A stretch of DNA of 64,000 bases, taken from positions 23,684,001-23,748,000 of the forward strand of contig NC_047017.1 in assembly GCF_902652985.1 (NCBI RefSeq), written 5' to 3'. Position 1 is the stretch's first letter; every line of letters starts with the position of its first letter. Of the stretch, positions 24,227 to 36,200 are shown in pieces. Origin of the DNA: Pecten maximus. Taxonomy: Eukaryota. Position numbers and translations under genes: made by a program. The notes under the pieces were generated by a model. It saw only the letters and a program-made list of their open reading frames with translations, did no database searches and was not told the DNA's origin.

Positions 24227-27200
24227 ATGGAGCTTAATGACCATCCACTCTATGGTAAAAGAAAGAAACGGAGACCAGCCTGTGCAAATCCACTGTTTTT
24301 GCAATGGCTCACAGAATGGAGAGAGGAGGCTGCAGGAAAAGGCTTGAAGACACAATTTGTATATGGCAAGGTATTAAAGAAATATTGACATTAGTGAAAA
24401 TAATGTACATGTCAGCTAGAGTCTAGATAGAGCTACAGTAGTCATGTAATAGGAAGGAGTAAACATACTCTGCCCACACTGGCTCGAATAGCAACCTTTC
24501 ACTCTCAAGGCAAACATCTACACTACTAGCTAAACTAAAGAGAAATTCCTGATAGCCTGAGCTAGTAAGGTGACATTATTACTCTCCACTTTTACAATCC
24601 ATCCACTGAACTAGATGGAATGTCACTTTAATATATAAATCGAACTCGAGAGATTGCAACTAAAATGTAGGGGATCAGAGATTGTTTCTCCTTGGTCAAG
24701 GTCCAGAAGTTTTCTGATGCATTTGATGTAGTTAGCTAGCTCATGATCAGTCCCAATATAGAAACTACCCGGTATTTAAGTCAGTTATAGGCCTAAAAAG
24801 TCTGTCAGCTCTGAAGTTGTTAATCTAAGGGTAATTAATTTTATCAGTAAAATGAAAGTACATGTATTAGGAACATGTGTGGTTGGACATGAATTATTGA
24901 GATTGCTATATATATATAATTTATACAATTAATATTTCAAGGAATTAAACATGAAGATAACTTTCTTTTATTGATTATGCATTTAATATTTACTTATTAA
25001 TTCCAAAAATCAAGTATGAATCATAATTCTGTTGTCTAAAGAAACAACAAAAACAAATCCAAAATAACATTATATGATAGCCATACATCTGACTCGTGAA
25101 AGGCTTGTATCTGCTTATAGTATGCAGTCAATTTTTTCTCTCCAATTTATGAAATAAACTGTGCTATACATGAAAATTTACAACAATTAAAAAATGTTGT
25201 TCTTTTGGTACAGGCCATCAAGTCTTTGAAGAGTTACCCTCTACCTTTGGCTACAGGAAAGGACTGCAAGATGTTGGATAATTTTGGTATGAAATTAAAC
25301 AGATATAGACAAAAATTATTATTACACTTCTAGAACCATTATAAAACCTAATCATACATTTTGCAGTTTAACAGGAATGCTTTTTCATCAAATTTCTGAC
25401 ATTGCAACATAATTTAAGCTCACCCTCTACTTCAAGTCGGAGATTTCCTGTTGGCCCCCTGGGCTTATTGAATGAATAAATACATTTCAGATTTCAGGGT
25501 ATAATATGATGAAATGGATTTAAATTTCTTACATAAGATCAAAAGACTGTCTTGTAATAGTACAGACCTCTCATGATCATGTACCAGTATACCAACCGGT
25601 ATATTTTTGATTCATTACATTTGCTATGTTATTACACAAAGTTATACCCAAGTTACATATTAATGCTATCTACCATTTTATTCTTAATGGAGCAATGGAA
25701 TTTTGATGATGATTAAAATATAAATAACAAAAAAAAAGGATAAAATAGCAATACCTTTATATGATATCAGATCTGAAAATTGAGTGTGAAATAGTGGTTA
25801 TGGCCATAGTTACAATCACCAAAATGGCATCAGCTTATTGAATATGACAAAAAATTAAAGTAAACTTAATTATCATAATTAAAAACAAAAATGGTGTTAC
25901 AATGTGTCCTTTACATTAATGATGTATGGTCTGATCTATGTTATCATTACTTCTGTAAACAGGTGATAAAACTTGCAAGTTGATTGATGAAAAGTTAGCT
26001 GAACATATAGAGCTGAATGGTGAGTATACATTACACAAAAGAGGAAATTTTCATTTCAAACATGTATATGTAAATAATTGTTCTGGTCATACCTTTTGGA
26101 ATATGATGTTATTTCTGTTTTTCATCAAGCAGAGCACTTTCAGGTGGTGACAGTTTCTCTGCATTTAACTAAATGACATTTAAAAACAAAACTTCAATAG
26201 AAGTGTCAGGCACTGGATCGATAACAGACATGAGTGTACTACTGCTGTGGTGTTCTGGGGGTCAGCTGTCAGAAGCTCATCATTGATATACACAATATGA
26301 AAGTGATACATGTTGATCATAGTAAAGGCTTTAAAATAATGTCCTTACCAAGCTGCCATTTTACATGTCGGACATAAACACAAATTCTGTATTCCCTAGG
26401 ATGTGTTGTGCCACCAGAGCCTGTGGATGTCCCAAGAAAGGCTAAATCAAAGAAGACTAACCATACTGTACCGAGTAACTCCACACATCTGGGCAACAAT
26501 TCTAGACCTGTACCAGTTGTTACAGCTACAGGAAGTGTTAATCTGACAAATGTACCTGGAGATGAGGATTTGACCGTTACACCACCTCCAAAGGTACAGT
26601 GTTTCTCTCCCAAATATATAACCAACAGACACCAGAAGTATGCTTTCAAAGGACACAACTAAAACATACAAAGTAGTAGACTGCACCTAGTTCCAAGGTA
26701 GACTCTGCATATAACTCTATCTCTACTATATATATGGCTATAGCAATAGCTGATCTGAGCAGTTATAACTGACTCATTCCAAGACATGAATGTCATTTAT
26801 TCCAACCCCTGCTACAAGATCGATATCACAGTTGCTTTTTCTACATAAAAAAAATTCTTAAAAAGGAGATAGTTTAAAAGAAATAGCTACTTATGCATTT
26901 GACTTGCTATACATTGTTCAAGGTATTCTTGTGGTAATCAAATGCAGAAAAATAAAAATGTAAACTTTTTAAAAATCAAATGCAGAAAAATAGAAATGAA
27001 AACAGGGCGATTATATAGGCCATCTGAAATAATAAGCTTCCACGAAACATTAGTAAATTGAATGTAGAAAGTCAGCTTCATGTTTTCAATTTTAGATTTT
27101 AATTTTCGTTTCATTGTACAGAGAATTGCTCGTCCCCGCAGTAAGAGTGGAGAAGGAGACTACATACCAGCCTACCGGTCAGGAGGTTATGCCATCATGC

Positions 27201-30200
27201 TGGCATTGTACAGGGACACACAGGTAACAACTCCAATGTCCACAAATAGACAAGGTCAGGGTGAGAAAAAATTTTTGAAAGCACTCCTTCCTGAACTAGA
27301 ATCACTCATCCCTCTGAATTCTAATTTTCAATGTAAAAAAACACACAAACCTGTGTAAAGATGTTTTGATCATTAATTTGAACTGCAGTTTTGTGAACAT
27401 TTCATAAAAAAAAACAAGTCAGTATATCGTTCGCTTTGCCATGGCCAAACAGGAACTAACAAGTCGGTTCTAATCATTAAAACTTTTTTCCGGACTTTGT
27501 TTTAAATAAAGTTTAATCATGTATTCGCCTGTGATACTTTTTAATATCAGGTATGAGAATACACTAAAACGAGATTTGAAAGTGTTCAGAAGCGTGACTC
27601 GCTTGTGTTCAATTTAAATATTGTCATTCTGAGTGCCGTCAAAAATTGTCGTAATTGATATGATACCGAGTCCATATTTATTACTCTCATTTACTTGTAT
27701 TAGTCTCGCCCTTCTTGATCACATAAACGCATCAGTATCACGTGGACACTTCTGCAGATCAATCGCAAAGAGAGGGCTCACTGCTCCATGGAACTTACTT
27801 TAAGTATGATTTAATCCTAATTTTTTAATTCTAAAGACAATATCTATAAACATGATTTATTAATCATTTTCTTTTGAAATTTACTCGTCACCAGGGACGA
27901 GTGCACGACGACATTCACGAGTTCTTTCGCACCATGAATGTAGAGCCAAAACAGAGATTAATAGTTTATGAGGCTTTGCTGACTTCTCTACCCAAGGGTA
28001 GAATATCAATATCCAACTGGATATTATCTGGTAAGAACAGAATAAAATAAAGGACATTGTTGCATAAGTATACCTCAGATCTAAAAAAAAAACTAGCAAG
28101 ATCTTTAGGGGAACCAATTGGGGGAAATAGGTTCAAATCTTTATTTCACCTTTTCAGTAATGCAGAATTTCAGTCCAGTTTTGTATAAAGAATCCTTGGC
28201 CCTAGTCAAAACTTATAGACTTAAAACATAGCAGAATCTACCTGTCTATTTGGCCTTTATTTGTCTGATAGAGATCACCATGTTTTGTCACAAAACTATA
28301 GGGTATATTAATAAAATCTATAACTGATTGTGCTATATGAATATAACCCGAAGGAATGGCTTCACGATGGAGTTGGTTACCTGATCCAACACTCAAAGAT
28401 TGTTGTATATAAATATAACAGTGTGTAGCGATATCATTTATAATGTTATCCGTCATTTGGTACATGTTTTCTATTGGTTATTAAAAGGATGAAAAACACC
28501 ATGACAATAAGTCTGGAATTAAGAAACAGAAATTATACAGTAATAGATTTATAATAATCCAACATGCATCAGTAATGACTATTAAATAAGATGGGGATTT
28601 CCATTGTTAAACCTCCTTTAAACCTGATTGGAGTTCAGTTACAACGGAATTTCTGAAAGTTTTGAAGAATCAGCAAAAGGATTAATACCAGGTAGGTACA
28701 TCACAGTCACATTAAACACTTAAATAGTCCGAAATATAAAAACAAATCTAAGCTTTGTAGCACATTAGCTAATTTTCTATTCAATTTATATAGTCTGGAA
28801 AATGTTACAACTTTTATGATTTTATATATTCAAAAACATCAATATTAAATTATCTATGATCTTTGCATGGATAATACTTGAAAATACATAGTCGATGCTT
28901 GCTTCAGGAAAACAACCAGGGAGACTGTACCCCAGGGAAACATACCCGCAGGATGTCCACACACAAAACAATACAGAGCAAGAGAAATAAGGCAATGACG
29001 ACTATTAGAGATGCATCACTGAAGAGGCAACTGAAACTAGAGTTCAAAACTAATGGGTACATTTCACTATACAAATTATGTGCATTTGGAAATAATGATT
29101 CTATTCACTGTTTGAAGCAGTTTTGGTTATACCATATGTACTGAAAATTGGGTCAAACTGATAGATTGTTATTAAAGTGTAGTGTGAATTTGAAATTGGT
29201 AACTTGAATTGTGTATTAACTTTTTTATACAGAGAATTATCTTTGGAGAAAAGGGAGAGTACTCCAAATCAGGACATTGTAAAGGTCACACCTCCTCCGT
29301 CTAAGACTGTACAAGCTCCTGATATTTCCACCACGGATATCTACTTTGATTTGGAGACAACCGGTTTAGGTAAGTGTTAATCGATATTTCACATACAGAC
29401 ATAAAACCATTTTCCTTTCCTGTTTCAGATTTATTTGAGAGTTTGAAGATTATAGCCAAAAGCTAATTGTGACCTATTGCAATGGCCTTTTGTTTGTCTT
29501 TGTGCATTAACTTTTTCTTGTGAAAATGATGAACGGATTTTCAAGAAACTTGGTATATAGCCTTATAATAATAAAATCTCACATGAGTTCAACAATCTGG
29601 CCAAATCAGCTGTAACTTACAGAGCTATGTGCCTTTGTTTATGCAATTGTTTTTACGTTACAGGAAGAACCTCTAGTATTACCCAAATGGCTGCTGTGAG
29701 AGGGAAGGATCAATTCTCCTGTTTTGTTATGCCAAAAAAACGGATCACACGAGAGGCTTCGCAGGTTACAGGGATCAGGGTATTCAGGAAGAAAATGTAC
29801 CGCTATGGAAAGTTTGTAAAAGCAGTATCTATAAGCGACGCCTTTAAACAGTTATATGGATTCTTGAGTAAGACACAAAATAACATTTTGGTTGGACATA
29901 ACATCCAGACTTATGACTGTCCGATACTCATGCATGCTCTATCTTTATGTGACAAGGACATTACAGAACAGTTCATGTCTCATGTCCAGGGATTTGTGGA
30001 TACGAAAAAACTATTCCGGATCATTCATCCATCTCAAAAATCATACACACAAGAGTCACTTGTAGAAAGTCTACTGGGTGAGAAATACAGGGCCCATGAT
30101 GCACTTCAAGATGTTGTGGCTCTTCAAAAGCTTGTCCGGTCTGTTGACATTGACCAGGAGGCTCGACTGAAGGCTTCCTTCTCTGTAGAGGACGTGATGG

Positions 30201-33200
30201 ATTCGTACACATACTCATTACAAGTTAAGGAGAACTTGCCAAGCCTAGAGACAATGGTCAATAAAAAAGTCATTTCGACGAACGTAGCCAAAAGTATCGC
30301 TGGTAGTGGTTTATCTTATAACCACTTACAAACAGAACATAGCAATAAAGGAAGAGAGGGGATTGAAAGTGTGTTCACTGCCACCAAGGGCGGGGACAGA
30401 GTATGTGTGACTAGATCTAGGAAGATCATAGACTCGGTATCAGACTTCCTGTCAGAACATTCAACATAGTCTTTTTATAGTCTCTTAATATGGTAAGGTG
30501 ACACGGTAAAGTGTTTCTTTGTTGTTCATCAGTGTCATCATACAGGAACGCCCGATACTTATTCATAATTGTCAGTTATAGTGATGGTTTGTACAAATTG
30601 GCTGAATAACTTTAGATAAAATTTGGTTCACATGAGCTAAATAATGTCGGTACTAGTTTATGCACTATTTACTGAAATGTTTCACTATATTGTAAGTGCT
30701 AAAAAAAATCAGTCAGTCATAAACGTCAACTAGGTAACTCATATTATTTCATATATTTGTTTACATTTTCATGAAAGGATATGAGAATGGCATACAGAAA
30801 CAGATCAAATTTATAGACTAATACATGATTACGTTGTTTGTAATATTTCATTATCATTAGTGCTTTGTGTACCATTTACATACATGTAAATGTATTCATT
30901 TTTGCATTGATAGACACTTATTTTCAGACACATGTTGTCTATATAATATTGCACCATACAAAATTATGAGGTATCTTTCAATGTAATATCACTATTGTAA
31001 CTGACTTTTCAGTCATTAAGTTAAGTGGAATAGAAGAATTTGTACATGTGAGAGAGGAAATGAGAGAAAATTTTACTTGTGAGAGAGATGTTGTCATTAT
31101 TATGACAGTATAAGATGATGATTTTATTAAATTAAACCTTCAACAAACCTTATCTCTGTTTAAAAGTAGTTGGGTTTTAAGCATGTAGTGCTTGTTTTGT
31201 GAAGTAGAAGAATTTCTATATGTGAGAGAGAAGATGACAAGCTTTTTTGGTTTTAACATTGTGAGATGATGATTACATTAAATTAAACCTTCAATAACAA
31301 AGTATGTATTATGGTAGGTAGGTATTAAACATTTTGTGCTGTACAATACATTACCTGGTACTGTTCAATAAGATGGTGTTATTGACTAAATTTCTTCACA
31401 TATGTACATGTATTTTCATCAACCTGTAAAAATAAAATCTGTTCAGTTTGATTTTGTATCTGTTTTCTGTGTCTAGTTTTAACTGTTTTATCGAGATAGT
31501 GGACTTTTGGTCATTAATGCTATTTTTCTGTTAAAAAAATTTAACTTGAAAAAAATCAATAGCTATGTAATTTGAACAGCCCCAACCTCAAACTTTATGT
31601 AAGCATAAAAACTATGCAAATTAACATGGATTTTGTAGTACTAAGTATTACTTTATCTACAGGTATAGTATCGCAATGCTGGATAGTAGCTGGTACACAA
31701 ACTGGGTGTGGTAGAAACAGAGCGCCAAAGTACCTGATTTTTTTGATTTTTTTTCATGAGACCAAACAAACAAGTTAATGGAAGAAAGGGTTTTAAAGGA
31801 TGTGGAGTTTGTCCAACTGATTCCTTGGAGATATATGTAGAAAGTGGTATGAATATAAATTTCTGATCAACAGGATCGCAAAAAGCTGCCTAACCCTTAG
31901 TCTGCAACATCACAGCCTTTACTGGCTTTTGGCCAAAGATATGTTGCTGTTAATGTGCAGTAAAACAAAAGTTAACCTGTCACTATAGTAACAAAGCCAT
32001 TTTAATTACAGGACCCTGGTAGTAGAGGTTACCTTTCAAGGGCAGATCTCATCAGGAAGGCTCAACCTCTGGCTGATAAATCATTTACAGTTGTGAGTTG
32101 AAATGTTTGGTAACCAACAAGGCTAGTCATATGGATAAACAATTCTCCATGGTGGAGGGGAGAGCAAAAAGATGCATCTGTGTAGACTCTTAGTCAAATT
32201 TAAAATTCCTTATACATGGTATGTGTACATTATTGAATTGCAATCGGTAGCAAGCCAATCATTCTCTAAGACAGGGGTAACCCTTCAGTTATATAAAAGT
32301 GTGTTGTATAAGCTACCCAGGGTAAGCATTAATTACGACAGAAAAATTTTACCAAATTTATAGATAACACAATTTATTCTTTTTAAAAAAACGTAAATTT
32401 AGCACAAAAGAAGTACAATAGGTTATTTGAGAATGTTTTTGTATATTTGTTTAAATGCACATTATTGTTACCCAGCAATATGTCTGTTCCCTTTGTAGCC
32501 AGATGCAGGTTGCCGTTACACATCCTGGTCCTCCATGGGCACTCTCATCAAAAAGGCCCTTGTCATCAAGGAGAGCAATCCAGCCAAGTACGAATTACAC
32601 TTATATTTGTCTTGTAAGGATTCAGTGAAGTCTGAAAAGTTTGATAGAACTTATAAAAATGGGAATAGTCACTTATAAATTTGTAAAATTTACTATCTAA
32701 TCTCCTCTGACCTTAAATATTGGTCAAGGTCATTTCTTTTCGCAAACTTTGTCAGGAGTCATCCCAGTAACCTACCAGGCAAATATCTTGATTGTAGGTG
32801 TTTAAGTTAATCAGAAGCCATTTTACATGTTTACCAGTTTATAACACCACTACCAGTGTATATGCTGCCTCTATGATAATTTATCAAGAGGGCAGATCTT
32901 AATAAATGACAATATTTTTCTAAAAAAAAAAACCCTTGTATTCTTAAGTTGTAATATGTATAACTTTGTAAACCCACCCCATCCTACCCCCCACATCAAA
33001 ATTTATTTCAACATAAAACCTCTGTAAATATCACAGATTTTTTCATGGTATCACTTTGTCTACAGGTATAGTATCACAGATGCTGGATGTGAGCTGGCAC
33101 ACAAACTGGAGATGGTAGGAGCAGACGGTCATGTGTCCATTACAGGAGGCCAGACACAAGCCAGTGATCCAAGAGATGTGTTTTCATTGGGCAGTCCCAG

Positions 33201-36200
33201 TAGGCTAACTGACCACCACACCACCAGGGATACTGGTGTCAAGTAAGTTAAAAAACGACTCTTCAGTCCTACATAAAAGTGAATCACATTGTATATGATG
33301 AAATACATGCATTGCCCAAGATTCAATGTAACATAATCAAATCCCAATTATTTATTTCCAACTCATAGCCGATTCTTTACAGTTTATCTAATCTGTTTGT
33401 ATCATATGCGATGCCCATGTTACAACATATATGAAGTAGTAAAAACTATAATTCTCTGTAATTTCATTGGTAAACTGATCCTCACAATATTCTTTGTAAA
33501 ATTGTTTTCATCAGATCTAGCTTTGAGTTTGTGTACGTTGATGAAACTAACAAGCCAGTTATGACAAAAGATAAAGCACAAGTTCTTGTGGATGGTATGT
33601 ATCATATTTTTCGGTCAATTTGATTGAATTTTCAGATCGTATGTTTGAAATAGCAGGCAAGTAGGATATTCTAGAATATTTTTTAAACTGAAGATGCTGG
33701 AGACTTACGTGCTGTATTGTAATAAGATAATTATTGCATAGCCTTTATTGATATTAAGTAAGAACAGTCAAATGATGATAATTCAATAATGATTTTAGAC
33801 ACATTGTCAAAAAGACAATCTTGTCAAGATTCAGACATGAGTGTGAAATCTTGATATTGTGACAGTGTACTCACATCACCCCACAAATTATGTAAAGCAA
33901 ACGTCATGTCTTTCTCTCACTATACAGTTAACCTGATAAATCTGTGTATATAATTTCTGAAATCCAAACAAGAGACCCAGAGGGCCTACGTCGCTCATCA
34001 AAAAAAAACACTTCAGTAATCATGGCAAAACACTAATGAAAATGTAGACTCTTCGATGTGGTCTGTCTGAATATACTGCGCGGCTGTGCATGTAACATCT
34101 TCCTATCTGCCTTTCCACAGGCATTTGACATAAAAAAAATTGGTTATTTTCTAATTCTTTTCCTAAAGGAATAAGATAATATGTAATATTATACTTGAAT
34201 GAGATTTCAATTTTTGCACAGCTTCAAAGTTTTAAGGGTGTGTGACCCTACAAAAACACTACAGTTATACATTCATAAAGGCACTCTTTATATCTTGTAT
34301 CTATCATTATACAACATACACATTCTGAAATGTTTGTTTCACAAGTTCAATGTGTAAAATTACTACTTATTAAAACAAATACATTATTTTAAGTGTAGTA
34401 CCCAAATTCCAACACTGGTGTAAAGTATATTTTATGCTGCAATATCCCAGGACCTATGTGTTCCTTGTTAAACACATATACCTACTAACACAACCTGGAG
34501 ATGGAAATGATCATGATGTTACATTTTGGTTACAGATGACTTCGGGATTGGGTTTTTAGTGCACTGTGACTACCATGGATTACTGACCAGTGGGAAGTTA
34601 TATAAACTGGACATGTCCAGGTTGGTACACACATATGTAAGACAGCTACTGTCATACAATATACAAAAATATCCTGTGGAGAGAGAAATGATATGTAGCA
34701 AAGTCAAAATTATGTTTTATTGTCAGCTTTATTAAAATGGACTAATGTTTAGTTTTAGAGCTAGCTAGCCTTCAATTTTATCATGCAACTGAGCAGATTT
34801 GACAGAAATTAAATAATGATCAAATCATAAGGGATATTGTATCTAGTGTATTCTATTTTAGACCTATGAGTGACCTAGTGTATTCTATTGTAGACCTATG
34901 GGTGACCCAGTGTATTCTTTTGTAGACATATGGGTGACCTAGTGTATTCTGTTATAGACCTATGGGTGACCTAGTGTATTCAGGGCCCGGGAAAAGCACT
35001 CGTCCGCTCATCCTGACGAGTAGATTTCCCCGACGGACGAGTGGTTTTAATTGTCAACTAGTCCGTCGGACGAGTAGAATTTCTCTATGTTATTTCAGTA
35101 TTCGTTAATAAAATTGCTTAAAATTTGATGCATTGTTAGTTATGTATTCTTTTTTGTGCTATTATTACGAAAAATAGTAATATTACTGCATGATAGCAGG
35201 TAAGTAGGACTATCTACGTCTGTAAATCTGAAGTCATGTACGATGACCGATAACCTCCGAGTGTTCCGGGTGACATGTTATAGTATAATGGGTGTTGTCC
35301 GAGGATGTCTGCATAAAAATGGCTCAACGGAAATTGGATGGTTATTTTTATTGTCAGTCAACCTGAAAAACAGGATGGCAGTTGTGTTGACACGACTGAT
35401 TTCTGAAAAATAACTGATTAAGTCACAGCTATATTTTATACTGGTTCATTGAAAACTTTCTCACAATTTCTCGCGTAATGTGACCTATTTTCCGATGTTT
35501 ACATTTGCTACATTCCTGTATTAGTTGAATCATCTTTCTATCAATGGATTAAAACTTTACTAACGTAATGAACATTATAAGATCAAGCGTAAACGTATTG
35601 AATACAATTGCTAAACAGCCATGTGAAAAATGAGAATGTTGTATAGCAGATAATTCTGAAATTTTCTGGACAAGTGAATTCTTTGTTTGGACGAGTACTT
35701 TTATTCAGGCAACTCGTCCGATGGACAAGTGCTTTTGAAAGTTTTTCCTGGGCCCTGGTATTCTATTGTAGACTTATGGGTGACCTAGTGTCTTCTATTG
35801 TAGACCTGTGGGTGACCTAGTGTATTCTATTGTAGACCTATGGGTGACCTTGTGTATTCTATTGTAGACCTATGGGTGACCTTGTGTATTCTATTGTAGA
35901 CCTATGGGTGACCTAGTGTATTCTATTGTAGACCTATGGGTGACCTAATGTATTATATTGTGGACCTATGAGTGACCTAGTGTATTATATTGTAGACCTA
36001 CAGGTGACCTAGTGTATTCTATTGTAGACCTATGTGTGACCTAGTGTATTCTATTGTAGACCTATGGGTGACCCAGTATATTCTATTATAGACCTACGAG
36101 TGACCTAGTGTATTCTATTTTAGACCTATGGGTGACCTAGTGTATTATATTGTGGACCTATGGGTGACCTAATGTCTTCTATTGTAGACCTACAGGTGAC

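Noticed and set aside
28591-28691. Extra coding exon for the nested exonuclease
   Set aside because: The frame that would join 28908 in phase has a TAA just before the donor; at most a 5'UTR exon.
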